Below the pieces are notes generated by a model, which made no database searches, had not been told where the DNA came from, and saw only the letters and a list, made by a program, of their open reading frames with translations. Made by a program: the position numbers and the translations under genes. DNA of 61,744 nucleotides, filler included, from Corallochytrium limacisporum Hawaii (taxonomy: Eukaryota; Protista; Pluriformea), in assembly GCA_002811645.1 (NCBI GenBank). It is 4 parts of 4 records of this genome, joined end to end, with 100 filler letters (N's around TTAATTAATTAA, not from the genome) between each part and the next. Parts side by side here need not be neighbours in the genome. Positions count along the whole stretch, not along the records: positions 1 to 31,928 come from PDIP01000114.1; positions 32,029 to 43,675 come from PDIP01000193.1; 2 more parts are not named here. One strand, written 5' to 3'. Shown here piece by piece: positions 22,943 to 33,368 of this stretch (position 1 is its first letter; each line of letters opens with the position of its first letter).

Positions 22943-25900
22943 ATGGACAACCCGAACGTGATCTATCAAACACGTATCGTGGTGGACTGTTTCAAACAGA
23001 ACCGCAAACCTAAAGGGATACCTGAACCCATCTATGTCCTCAGCCACTTCCATGCAGACCACTACGGTGGCGTCACTAATAATTGGAATCGTGGTCTGAT
23101 CTGGTGCTCGACGCTGACGGGGTCACTATTAGTCAACGTTCTGGGGGTCGAAGAACAGTATGTCAGGCAATGCGAACTCGGCACCCCTGTGGAACTGCCG
23201 GACAGCACAGAGGCAACCTTCCTTGATGCGAACCATTGTCCGGGAGCAGCCATGATCTTGTTCCGCGTGAGAAACGAGAATTCATCGTCTTTCACATGTC
23301 ATCTTCACTGTGGTGATTTCCGTTACCATCCATTCATGAAAAATTTGGCCCAGCTCGCGGCGCTGGCACCGGAGAGTCCACAATTCAGTGGAACAAGGCT
23401 TGATCGGCTCTACCTCGACACAACGTACTGCAATCCCCGATTCGATCTGCCGGACCAAGTGCATCCAATCGAATTCGTCGCACGGACAGCGGATGAGGAG
23501 ATCCGCAGTGGCAAGGAGAAGGGAGAGCGTACCCTTGTACTTATTGCCACGTACGTCATTGGTAAGGAGAAGATTCTTCTACGTGTTCATGAGCAGACCG
23601 GGCACCAGCTACACGTCAGTGACAAGAAAATGAAAATTTTACAGCTGCTGGGTTATGCCTCGGACGAAGACCAACCCAACAGCGGTCAAAACAGCCCTCC
23701 TTTCACTCAGAGCCTCGATGGTGTGCCTATTCACGTCGTTTCCTGGGGTTTTCTGGGAGAGATGGCCCCAGGCGGATGGACCTTTCTTCCAAATTGGTCC
23801 GTATTTCGGGAAATGCTCGAGCACTATCAGGGACACTTTGAACGCATAGTCGCCTTTGTTCCGACCGGCTGGACGTACACCATGAAGTCGTCGAAAAGAG
23901 ATGAAAACGGAGTCGTTTACAATCGCATGACAAGCGAGGATTTGAATGCTGTTGTATACACTGTGCCCTACTCAGAACATTCGTCATTCGGGGAACTGCG
24001 TGAGTTCGTTGGTTTCCTGAAGCCGACACGTGTCGTGCCGACGGTGTTTGGTCGGAGTGTAAAGCCTGAGAAGTTGAAGCGCTATTTCCGTGACCTCGTG
24101 AACATCAAATCAGCTCATGCTAATCTGTTCGCAGGTGCAAGAGATGAGAAGTCAGAACCTCTGACATGTGTGGAAAATGGGAAAGAGGATTCAGACACAG
24201 CCAATGTCGATGCGCAGCGGCAGTCGAAGCGGCCGCGTGTAGAGAATGGTGACGAATCTGACCCCCAAGAAAATCGCAATGACGAAAACTACGATGGTGA
24301 TAATATGACAGCAGTCATGGATATCGTGGAAGAGAGATGTGCAGGGGACAACAAGGAGAACGCGCAGCTGCCAACCGCAACAAGTACAAACACGATATCT
24401 ACCACTGAGGCGGAAGCGGGGACCGCTGAATGTCCTGTATGCCAGCAGGACATGCCCTTGGCCAGCATCAACGAACACATTGATGAGTGTTTGACGCGGC
24501 AGGCGATCACACTGGACAAAGTCCAAGGCAAAAATGAACCTGCTGATGTATCTGATCAGGAGCAGGACTCACCAATATTGCGAGGTTCTACCATCGAGGA
24601 ATTGCGCGCCTTGGTGCCGGACATTAAGGAAAGCTACGCTCAGTCACTTCTACTGCGTGCGAACGGCAATCTCGAGCTAGCCATGAATTACTATTTTAAC
24701 GATGAGAGCGGCATTACCATTGATTTAGCCCCGCGTACCCAGCCACTGTCTCAGGCATCAGAACCTCAAGCACCCCGAACCAACGGCACCACCCCACGGT
24801 CTTTGAAGAAAGTTGCCGCCACGAGCGGGTCAAACACAGCCAATACGAATAGAGGGAGTGGAAGTTCAGAATCCCACACTCTTGACTCGCTCTTTGGCAG
24901 CGCTACGAAATGTAACAGCGGTAGCATGGAAGAGAAAAGCAGCGTCTCACAGTCCTCTCAGGCGAACACCACTCCCACAAAATCGATGGGTAACACCAGC
25001 AACGATCAGAATGCTTTGAACATCGACTATTCCCCCGGTGAGCCCGTTCCATACGCCACTGTTGCACATGCCTTTGAGATTCTTGAGAAGGAACAGGGTC
25101 GCAGAAGGATCACGCAGACTTTGACATCTCTTTTCGCAGAAATTATGGACAAGACACCCGAAGATCTACTGCCATGTGTCTATCTTTGCTCGAATCGCAT
25201 TGCTCCAGCTTACACGGGCCTGGAGATCGGTATCGGTGGCTCTTTAGTCAGCCAATGCGTGCGGGAGGTTACGAACCGGAGTCGGAATGCGATGCGAGCG
25301 GACTACGCCGAGCTGGGCGACCTTGGTGATGTGGCATACCGTGCACGGTCACAAATGAAGGTGCTTTTCCCGACCAAGCCGCTCACGGTACGGGAGCTTT
25401 ATAAGAATTTGCTCCGCATGGCCCGCATGAAAGGCTCTGGGGTGCAGAATGACAAGAAGAATATTGTCAAGAAAATGCTTGTTGCCTGTCGCGGTGTAGA
25501 GACCAAGTTCCTGGTGCGGACCTTGATTCAGCACATTCGCACTGGAGCGACGGCGACCACAGCACTGCACGCTCTGTCAGGAGCATTTCTGCAGCGTCAG
25601 GCGAGGCAGACTGGGAGCGTTGTACCCGCGGAGCGCTTAGCAGAAGGGACAGCACTTCTCAAGGACGCCTTTAGTCAGTGTCCGAGTTTCGACAAGCTTG
25701 TGCCCGCTCTAATGGAATGCAGTGAGATTGACGACATTCGTGAAACGTGCCGCATGCGGGCGGGCATTCCGATCAAGCCGATGCTTGGTACCATCATCAA
25801 GGATCTCGCTGGCGTCTTGAAACGAGTCGGGCACACCACACCGATTGCTTGTGACTGGAAGTTCGACGGAATGCGCGCGCAGATACACTTGCTGGAGAAT

Positions 25901-27235
25901 GGCAATGTCCGGGTCTTCAGTCGTCACCTTGAGGAGGCTACAGAACGATTCCCCGACGTGTGTCTGGCGACACAGAATGCAGCACGGAGTCACGGTGTTT
26001 CGTCGTGCATTTTGGACGCGGAGATTGTAGCCGTCGAATTGCCGAAGGATTACGACGACAGCAAGAGCGGGAGTGGTGGTGTGCCACAGCAACAGGAAAA
26101 GGTGGCAGGCAAATGGCCGTTCAAGATTCTTCCTTTCCAACAGCTGTCTAGCCGCCCGCGGAAAAATGTCGCCATAGAAAACATCAAAATCAAGGTCTGT
26201 GTCTTTGCCTTTGACCTGATGCTGCTCAATGGTGAGAGTCTGCTGCAGCGAACCTTTCGGGAGCGGCGAGATGCTATGTACGCTCATTTTGACGTAACCC
26301 CGGGTGTGTTTGACTTTGTCAAACAGCGTGTGATCAACCCGAAGGCCATGACTATGGCCGGGGAGGAGCCCGCCGAAGCGTTGCAAGCGTGTATGGTTGA
26401 CGCCTTTGCGGAAAATTGTGAGGGTGTCATGGTTAAACCGCTTGATTTTCCGACAGTGGACGGCCGTGTCAGCAACGCTGACGACCCTGACTTCAAACAG
26501 ACATGTGCATCGACCTACCAACCTGCTAAACGCTGCGGCAATTGGATGAAAGTCAAACGGGATTACCTTGAAGGTATGGCTGACTCCCTCGACCTCGTTC
26601 CGATTGGTGGATGGTGGGGTAATGGCCGCAAGGCCGGTTGGATCAGTCCGTATTTGCTCGCAACCTACGACGCGGACACAGATACGTACTACACCGTATG
26701 CAAGTGCATCTCTGGGTTCAGTGATGCTTTCTACAAGGAGTCATTGAAGTTTTACATGGGTGATAAGGACAGCGACAAGAATGACGAGAACGTTGCCGAT
26801 GGTTACAGTGATGGTGTTGACGATAACAGGAACCGTCTGCTGGGTCGCAGGCCCGAGAATGTCGTCGTGACCGATGCGCTGACGCCATCCTTCTGGTTCG
26901 ATCCGTGCGAGGTCTGGGAGCTGCGTGGTGCTGAGTTCACTGTCAGTTCTAACCACACGGCGCTGCGGGGATCGATTGTCGAAGGCGACGAGACGAAAGG
27001 TCTGAGCCTGCGCTTTCCGAGATTTATTCGTAAGCGCCAGGACAAGAAAATCAATGATGCAACCAGCCCGAGCGAGCTGCTGGCCATGTACCGTTTGCAG
27101 GAGCAGAGGGCGCAAGGGCTGAATACGAGTAGCAGCACCGCTGCTGCCCCATCGCAACAGCAACCTGAAGATGACGTAGACGACGAGGAGGTCCGCGGGC
27201 ACCAGAACCAGGTCGATGATGAGGTTGAGTTCTAG
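22943..27235 (+). CDS. LIG6-like ATP-dependent DNA ligase fused to SNM1/Pso2-type metallo-beta-lactamase/beta-CASP nuclease, with UBZ4 and UBA-like domains
   Basis: Nuclease motifs LSHFHADHYGG, ANHCPGA, HCGDFR, LYLDTTY and VPYSEHSSF. UBZ4 motif CPVC..INEHIDECL. Ligase motifs KPML, KFDGMRAQIH, ILDAEIV, FAFDL, EGVMVK, WMKVKRDY and SLRFPRF. Confidence 0.92.
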   Translation: MDNPNVIYQTRIVVDCFKQNRKPKGIPEPIYVLSHFHADHYGGVTNNWNRGLIWCSTLTGSLLVNVLGVEEQYVRQCELGTPVELPDSTEATFLDANHCPGAAMILFRVRNENSSSFTCHLHCGDFRYHPFMKNLAQLAALAPESPQFSGTRLDRLYLDTTYCNPRFDLPDQVHPIEFVARTADEEIRSGKEKGERTLVLIATYVIGKEKILLRVHEQTGHQLHVSDKKMKILQLLGYASDEDQPNSGQNSPPFTQSLDGVPIHVVSWGFLGEMAPGGWTFLPNWSVFREMLEHYQGHFERIVAFVPTGWTYTMKSSKRDENGVVYNRMTSEDLNAVVYTVPYSEHSSFGELREFVGFLKPTRVVPTVFGRSVKPEKLKRYFRDLVNIKSAHANLFAGARDEKSEPLTCVENGKEDSDTANVDAQRQSKRPRVENGDESDPQENRNDENYDGDNMTAVMDIVEERCAGDNKENAQLPTATSTNTISTTEAEAGTAECPVCQQDMPLASINEHIDECLTRQAITLDKVQGKNEPADVSDQEQDSPILRGSTIEELRALVPDIKESYAQSLLLRANGNLELAMNYYFNDESGITIDLAPRTQPLSQASEPQAPRTNGTTPRSLKKVAATSGSNTANTNRGSGSSESHTLDSLFGSATKCNSGSMEEKSSVSQSSQANTTPTKSMGNTSNDQNALNIDYSPGEPVPYATVAHAFEILEKEQGRRRITQTLTSLFAEIMDKTPEDLLPCVYLCSNRIAPAYTGLEIGIGGSLVSQCVREVTNRSRNAMRADYAELGDLGDVAYRARSQMKVLFPTKPLTVRELYKNLLRMARMKGSGVQNDKKNIVKKMLVACRGVETKFLVRTLIQHIRTGATATTALHALSGAFLQRQARQTGSVVPAERLAEGTALLKDAFSQCPSFDKLVPALMECSEIDDIRETCRMRAGIPIKPMLGTIIKDLAGVLKRVGHTTPIACDWKFDGMRAQIHLLENGNVRVFSRHLEEATERFPDVCLATQNAARSHGVSSCILDAEIVAVELPKDYDDSKSGSGGVPQQQEKVAGKWPFKILPFQQLSSRPRKNVAIENIKIKVCVFAFDLMLLNGESLLQRTFRERRDAMYAHFDVTPGVFDFVKQRVINPKAMTMAGEEPAEALQACMVDAFAENCEGVMVKPLDFPTVDGRVSNADDPDFKQTCASTYQPAKRCGNWMKVKRDYLEGMADSLDLVPIGGWWGNGRKAGWISPYLLATYDADTDTYYTVCKCISGFSDAFYKESLKFYMGDKDSDKNDENVADGYSDGVDDNRNRLLGRRPENVVVTDALTPSFWFDPCEVWELRGAEFTVSSNHTALRGSIVEGDETKGLSLRFPRFIRKRQDKKINDATSPSELLAMYRLQEQRAQGLNTSSSTAAAPSQQQPEDDVDDEEVRGHQNQVDDEVEF

Positions 27236-27314
27236 CTACGATACAAATTCTTGTTCTTTGGTGATTACATCTACGAAATTCTTGCTTACGAAACTAAATT
27301 ATCCGACTTAGTGC

Positions 27315-29552
27315 TTATTCTTCAATGGTTTGTCTGAACAGACCACCTACATCCACCTCATAGCTCTGAAGATACATCATGTTGTTGTGCTCCACGGTAG
27401 CTAAGTCATATTTGTAGTTGACCATCATGCCAAAGGATTCCCGCAGCCCTCGCTCCGATGTGTTTGCCGCCCAATTCAGGCGGTACATTTGCGCGCCATT
27501 GCGAACATGGAAGTTTCCAACAGGGTCAAAGATGGCACCACCACGCTTCTGGAGGGCGAGGTACCGGCCGCATAGGCGCATCATTGGCTCACGTAGCGTC
27601 TGACTCGTGACGACGTCCTTCTTCGGGAACTCGAGTAGGGCACTGGCAATAGCCGGTAGCTCGGACTGCGCACTGACCGCAGCTCCCGCAGAGCCTTGTT
27701 CGCTACCGAGGGCGTCCGCAACAGTGCGCAACGCCTCCTGCAAAGACGGCTCCGGGTCCACTCGCTTTCTTGCGACCTGGTCCAGCCAAGACGAGAAGGC
27801 AGGGATCGGGGACAGCGTGCAGAAATTGACCATAGAACTGAACTCCTGTCGCAGTTCAAAGACTACGCGCTTGATCAAGAAGTTACCCAGGTCGACACCA
27901 CTAAGTCCACGTTGGGTACTGGAGATAGAGTAGAAAATCGCCGTGGTGATGTCTTCCACAGGCGGATCCTGGTGTTGGATCGGTTCCTCAATGATCTTCT
28001 GCACATTGTCTGCAATGGTCGGTAGTAGAGCAATATACGTGACCACCAGCGGTTCGGTGGGCATGGAATTGTGAAGAAAGGCGTAACACCGCCGGCCCGG
28101 AGCGAGGCGCTGCTTCAGGCCCATCATGTCATCTACCGCGTGCACAGCTTCGTAGTTCTTGAGCTTTTCCACTAGGTACGCAGGAGATGCCCAGGTTATA
28201 CGCTGTAGGTCCATCACACCGACACTGAACCAATCGGCGAGCAGATCACGCAGTGAGTTGTTGAGAAATTTTATATCACTGACCTCCTTGTCCGTCAATA
28301 GTTCTGAGTCTGTCTCGGTGTCTCCACCTGTGGCCCGAAGGGTTGGGTTCCTGCGTGTCTGAGCCAAGAATTCGAGCAGATCCTTGCGCATGTCGACCAA
28401 GAACTTCACTCCCCCGACTTGCTGACTGATGGCTGTAAATACAACTTCGTAGAGCGGAATGCACGCCGCCCGGAGTTTGTTGGCTGTCCGCGTAAAGGCG
28501 ACATGATCTCCGCTGTCGCCCAGGCTGTGCAGCTCGGCCGCAGTCTGCAGAATGTCCGCTTCATTTAGTCCACATACGCGCACCAAGGACACAAAGAAAT
28601 GCCCACGATCTTCTGGCTTAAGGCGAAGGTAGGCATTGCGAATAGCTGCCGTGACATCGGCGGGCAAGGAATCACGGCCGTGCAGACTTGTGGCCATGTA
28701 CGCACTGCTGAGCAGTTCCTGCAGATCCTTCGGTGCTATCGAGCCTATCGAACTGCGTCGCGAGAGGCCCACAGTGGATGCCAGCGACCCCACACGCTCT
28801 GCGGAGGGACCGCTACCATCCGTGCTACCCACTTTTTGGACGTTACTGTCCGTGGCACTGGCAGCAATGCCGGAACTATCCTCCGCAACCGGACTGAGCA
28901 CCTGCTCCGCAGTCAGTATTTGTGATTGCTGGGGCGCTGCAGTGCTCGACGTGTCAGGCCCCGCCGCTCCGTACTGCTGAAACTGTTTCTCCTGACGGTA
29001 CTGCTGGTCCAATTCGCGGGCAAGAGACTGCTCCCGCTCTTGCTGTAGCCGTTCATCTGAGCGCGTGCCGCCCACTCTGACCGAGGAGGAGCGGGGGTTA
29101 GGGCCCCATGACACCTGGCGCTGTACCACCGGTCTGATCACTCCTCCACTAGTCGAGTCATCTTCTTCATCCGAGCTGCTCTCTTTGCCGTCCTTGTCGC
29201 CACCTTTGGAACCGTAGTGACGGTGCCACAGTCGCACAGACGATGAGCGGTGCAGGGGTCCGGGAACGGAATTGCCTACATTTCTGGTGCCGCTGCTGAA
29301 GCTCCGACTGTGTGACTTGTGCACCTGGGTGACTTGAGGTCTCTTTGACTGTACGGTAGCCTCAGGCGGAGTAGATATCCTGCCATTGCCAACATTGTTG
29401 CTTGCAGAACCCTGCCGTTGTTCTGACATGGTACTCAGTATGTGTCTGCCGATCAAAGACCTCCTTCCTGCACTAGTCGCAATTCCGCGGACTGTGGAAA
29501 GACTGCACACGGATCTCTTGGCACCTGTCTGAAACAGCAATGTCAGTGTCAT
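27315..29552 (-). CDS. MLYCD: Malonyl-CoA decarboxylase
   Basis: GGVKFLVDMR, LQRITWASP, YEAVH, AIFYSISSTQRGLSGVDLGNFLIKRV, TLSPIP, DPVGNFHVRNGA and GMMVNY. Start uncertain (ATGs at 29633, 29552, 29429). Confidence 0.93.
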   Translation of the reverse strand: MTLTLLFQTGAKRSVCSLSTVRGIATSAGRRSLIGRHILSTMSEQRQGSASNNVGNGRISTPPEATVQSKRPQVTQVHKSHSRSFSSGTRNVGNSVPGPLHRSSSVRLWHRHYGSKGGDKDGKESSSDEEDDSTSGGVIRPVVQRQVSWGPNPRSSSVRVGGTRSDERLQQEREQSLARELDQQYRQEKQFQQYGAAGPDTSSTAAPQQSQILTAEQVLSPVAEDSSGIAASATDSNVQKVGSTDGSGPSAERVGSLASTVGLSRRSSIGSIAPKDLQELLSSAYMATSLHGRDSLPADVTAAIRNAYLRLKPEDRGHFFVSLVRVCGLNEADILQTAAELHSLGDSGDHVAFTRTANKLRAACIPLYEVVFTAISQQVGGVKFLVDMRKDLLEFLAQTRRNPTLRATGGDTETDSELLTDKEVSDIKFLNNSLRDLLADWFSVGVMDLQRITWASPAYLVEKLKNYEAVHAVDDMMGLKQRLAPGRRCYAFLHNSMPTEPLVVTYIALLPTIADNVQKIIEEPIQHQDPPVEDITTAIFYSISSTQRGLSGVDLGNFLIKRVVFELRQEFSSMVNFCTLSPIPAFSSWLDQVARKRVDPEPSLQEALRTVADALGSEQGSAGAAVSAQSELPAIASALLEFPKKDVVTSQTLREPMMRLCGRYLALQKRGGAIFDPVGNFHVRNGAQMYRLNWAANTSERGLRESFGMMVNYKYDLATVEHNNMMYLQSYEVDVGGLFRQTIEE

Positions 29553-30679
29553 CGGAAAATAACAAAATCCTGACCAGGATACTTTCACATCGACGTGAAG
29601 CAGTCCGATGTACCCAGATATCCCTGGAGCCATGCCATGCCATCCTCCAGACTGGTCTTGGTCATTTGTTAAGTAACGGTGTATTATCTACGTGGTCTTC
29701 TTTCTCTAAATTTATCTGTACGAATGGATCAAGACGAAAACCATCATTGAAAGCAGACCATCATGACCATGAGTGTGATGATAGAAGCGAACACTTGCCG
29801 CGTTGCCAGCGGCAGACTCTTCAGCAAACGGCAACACCGCTCCCGGGGGGACGGTGGGTGAGTCCTCGCGAGGATTTCCGTTTTTGTTTTGGGCAGAGTT
29901 GGCGAACCCCGCCACCCCCCCCCCCCAACTTTTCTCGTTAAATTTTTTTTCTTTTTGGCCGTTCATTGGGTTTGCACGCTCGACCTCACTACCAACCCAC
30001 AGAAGTGCGCGCCGAGACCCGCTTGCGGGCACACAAAAATGCCGTGCCGCTGTTTTGACGGAGAGGGCCCCGCGCCCCCGGGGGGGGGGGGAGGCAGCCA
30101 AGGGACTTGGATTTTTTTTTTTGGTGGATCTCCTTGGATAAATAGGCCCCCGATGCAGACCGGCCCCGTCCGAACTGGATTTGCGGAGATTGCGCTGTTT
30201 TGGGAGGGGTCCGGTGCATTCACTATGGGAGGGGTGGCAAGATGGTGCGCAAGTGTGCCATAGTGAAAGTACGGGATTTTGTTGAGATCGGCCGGACTCC
30301 CGTCACACGCCAAGACCCTTCGGGACTATCGGGGGGTGGGCCCTTGTGGGTATTTCAGAGAAGGGCAGCTCGAGGAATGAGACTCGCAGCCGTGTGGGAA
30401 TATTCCGGATTGCGACTGTTAGCGGGATCACAAACGGATGCAGATTGACCCATTCACCTGGCTTGATTACCGTCCAAGAGTGCCGAATCTCATAAGTTTT
30501 GAATAGTTCATTGGTGTGATCTAAGTGATGTCAGGTAGCTTTAAAGAAAACAAAAAAAAAAGGAAGAAAACAACTTAATCCTTCGAATCTCAAGTCCGGA
30601 AAATCAGTAAGGAGCGAAGATAACGTAGGCTCAAGCGATCCGGAGATATTTACCTGGTTAATAAATTATAACCACAGCC

Positions 30680-31669
30680 ATGAATAGACAACTTGGAGGA
30701 CAGTTCGAGCTCAAACGTCGTCCTCGCCTCGGCGAAGGTGAGCTCTTCTGTACATACTGCGGGACAGGTGCCAATATTATGGAGGACGACTTGGAGGGAT
30801 TCATGGTTTGCACAACTTGTGGTCTACGTGTCGCACGAGTAGTCGACTACACGGCGGAGAACCGTACGTTTGCAAACGATGACGACGACGGAAAAGACAC
30901 TGGCCGTGCCGGCACGGCCACAAACCCCTTATTGGACGATGACACAGGCACAAAAACGGCTATTGGTGGCACAGGACACCGTGCGACTAAACTGAAGAAA
31001 GCCCACTGGGGCGCTGATCCGAAAGACGCTCTGTTAAACAAAGGTTACGTTGAGATTGACATGTTGGAACACAAGTTGGGCTGCGTGCGCCGGGTGACTG
31101 AGCGGGCAAAGGTATTTTTCAAACAGTACACAGAGGTCAAGAAGTTGCGAAACCAAGACACCAAGGCCCTGGCTGCAGTGGCACTGCTGTACGCCGGTCG
31201 AGAGGAAGGTTTAACCCGGTCTGTCAAGGAAATCTCAGGACGCAGCGGAGTGCAGTTGAAGACATTTAACAAAACTCTGAAGGTCGTTCAGGAAACGCGC
31301 AAAGAGCACAGGGTCAACACGCAGGTCGCCAAGCCCAAGGATCTCATTCCGGGCTATGTCTCTGTGCTGAAGCGCGAACGAATTCGATTGTACTGCGAAG
31401 AGGTCGCGACGGTGGTTGATAGCCACTCCATCGCCGGTGGTCGCTCTCCTCCGTCTGTAAGTGCTGCCATTATTTATTTTGTCAGCCACCTGATCCAGGA
31501 CCCGAACCACACTAAGCCGGTTACTCTGAAGGAAGTAGAAAACATTTCTGGTCAATCTAAGACCACCATTCGTCAATCATACAAGCCACTCTGGGAGGAA
31601 CGGGAGACAATCTGCAAGAACGTGAAAGCCCTCGAGAACTCCGATGTGGACCAGTTGCCAGTTCCCTAA
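30680..31669 (+). CDS. GTF2B: Transcription initiation factor IIB family protein
   Basis: Zn ribbon CTYC..CTTCG, B-reader ENRTF..RAG, two cyclin folds (AAVALLYAGR..RSVKEI; GRSPPSVSAAIIY..TTIRQSYK). Confidence 0.85.
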   Translation: MNRQLGGQFELKRRPRLGEGELFCTYCGTGANIMEDDLEGFMVCTTCGLRVARVVDYTAENRTFANDDDDGKDTGRAGTATNPLLDDDTGTKTAIGGTGHRATKLKKAHWGADPKDALLNKGYVEIDMLEHKLGCVRRVTERAKVFFKQYTEVKKLRNQDTKALAAVALLYAGREEGLTRSVKEISGRSGVQLKTFNKTLKVVQETRKEHRVNTQVAKPKDLIPGYVSVLKRERIRLYCEEVATVVDSHSIAGGRSPPSVSAAIIYFVSHLIQDPNHTKPVTLKEVENISGQSKTTIRQSYKPLWEERETICKNVKALENSDVDQLPVP

Positions 31670-31928
31670 GAGGACGAAGCAAGTTGAAGGCATCAGCAGC
31701 CGTGTTGACTTCAATTATGCAAACAACATCAAATACGAAGTCATCCACCGGCAAGGCCGCATGGATCATTTCCTGGCGATGGTAGCGAGTTTGGGAGATG
31801 ATCAATGCGGACAGCAGCACCAGGCCGGCCGGGCACGATCAAGATGTTAAAATCAGAATTGGGCGCGAAAGCGCCTGGGTGGGAAGGCCCAACCCGTTTC
31901 TTGTTCAATCTCCCCCCACCCCCCCTTT

Positions 31929-32028
31929 NNNNNNNNNNNNNNNNNNNNNNNNNNNNNNNNNNNNNNNNNNNNTTAATTAATTAANNNNNNNNNNNNNNNN
32001 NNNNNNNNNNNNNNNNNNNNNNNNNNNN
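31929..32028. other. Artificial contig linker (N44-TTAATTAATTAA-N44)
   Basis: Exactly 100 bp with a core giving stops in all six frames. Recurs identically three times. Confidence 0.97.
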
Positions 32029-32070
32029 AACCCTAACCTAACCTAACCTAACCTAACCTAACCCTAAACC
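32029..32070. repeat. Telomeric repeat tract at contig start: CCCTAA-(CCTAA)5-CCCTAA
   Basis: C-rich strand at the 5' end of a contig, the correct polarity for a left chromosome end. Confidence 0.8.
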
Positions 32071-32275
32071 CATGTGTGCTCATACTATGGTATCCCTTTC
32101 AATGAATTAGATCCCCAAAAGAATATTCACCAAGCCAATGCGCCAAGAATGCATCGACGCGGTCCTTCTTCGATATTTTTGCCGGGCACATTGTCTGGCT
32201 CACTGTGCTGTCCCTTCAATGGTACTGTATCTCGTTCTGAATCACTCCCGGAAATAATAATCACTGGGAACTCAC

Positions 32276-32339
32276 CATGACACTTAGAGCATGATCGAAA
32301 CAATGCAAAAGCCCTTCTCAACAACCACCCGCTCGGAAT
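32276..32339 (+). repeat. 64-bp subtelomeric direct repeat, copy 1
   Basis: 60/64 identical to 33369-33432. Confidence 0.9.
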
Positions 32340-33368
32340 CCGATGTCGATGGCCCATAACTCGATGCCGGCTCAAACTGGGATCTGTTTTCCTCCAAGCA
32401 CCATGAAATGAGAATCTACGGAATCCTTGTCTGTTTTGCCTGTATCCTGCGTTTTCGAGTCATTTGGTCAGAGAAATAAAAAAATCAAAGAAGAAGAGGG
32501 TAAAGCGGGGCGATCCAGAAATTTGTTAGAGCGGCAATACGTTCAGTACTTGCTGAACTCTCCCCTAGCATAACGAAACCCGCTGGGCACGCGCACACCT
32601 TCCCTTTAGAGCCCCAAAGTATGCCGCTAAAGATTGCTAATATGCAATCGTAGACGACACCAAACTCTCCTGCATTCGCTTTTGTTCCCCTGGGTAGAAT
32701 TTGCCAGGTGCCGACCGCAGAGTCTCTATATGGCATTGAGTGGTAACTGTGGACATGCGAAATTGGAACTTCTCCTGCCTAATGAACGCGTTCACTTCGA
32801 TGCTCGCGTATAGTGGAATGGTGTGGAAGAGACGAATCGAGTTGCTGATGTGGACGAGTGTGGGAGGGACCACTTCATCGAAGGTCCCTGTCCGATGTCG
32901 ATTATGACCATTGATCTGAAAACGTCATGATGACCCATGAAAATAAGTGATTTGGAAGATTTTGCAAAGTTTACAAACCAGAGGTTGGTATTGGAGACTG
33001 CCCGCCCGCCCCCGCGTCAGGAGGGGATCTGCACCAACCGAAGCGTGTTCTCGTTTTACAAGGAAGTTATACAAGTCGATTTCAGGATTTCTTGCCAAAA
33101 ATGGGGTGTTGTGCACTAAAATGAGTCAAAATGAGTCAAGAAGCGGAGCGAGCGGAAGGAACGGTGAAATTACTGGGGGGTTTATGTTTTCGCTATACGA
33201 GCAACTTGCATATTTTAGTCAGACTGAGGCCAGCCCTAAGAAAGTTATGGATATCTGAAGAAATACCTTTGGACAGTCACTGTCAATAAACCTGCACTAT
33301 AGATGAATACGCAGATGGAACCCACATACCATTGTGCGACTGGTTTGCTCAAAGTACATAAGATACGA

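Noticed and set aside
31929-32028. Repeated TTAATTAATTAA palindrome as a biological element (e.g. piggyBac target or recombination site)
   Set aside because: It is always centred in exactly 100 bp of N padding and is an artificial six-frame-stop linker.
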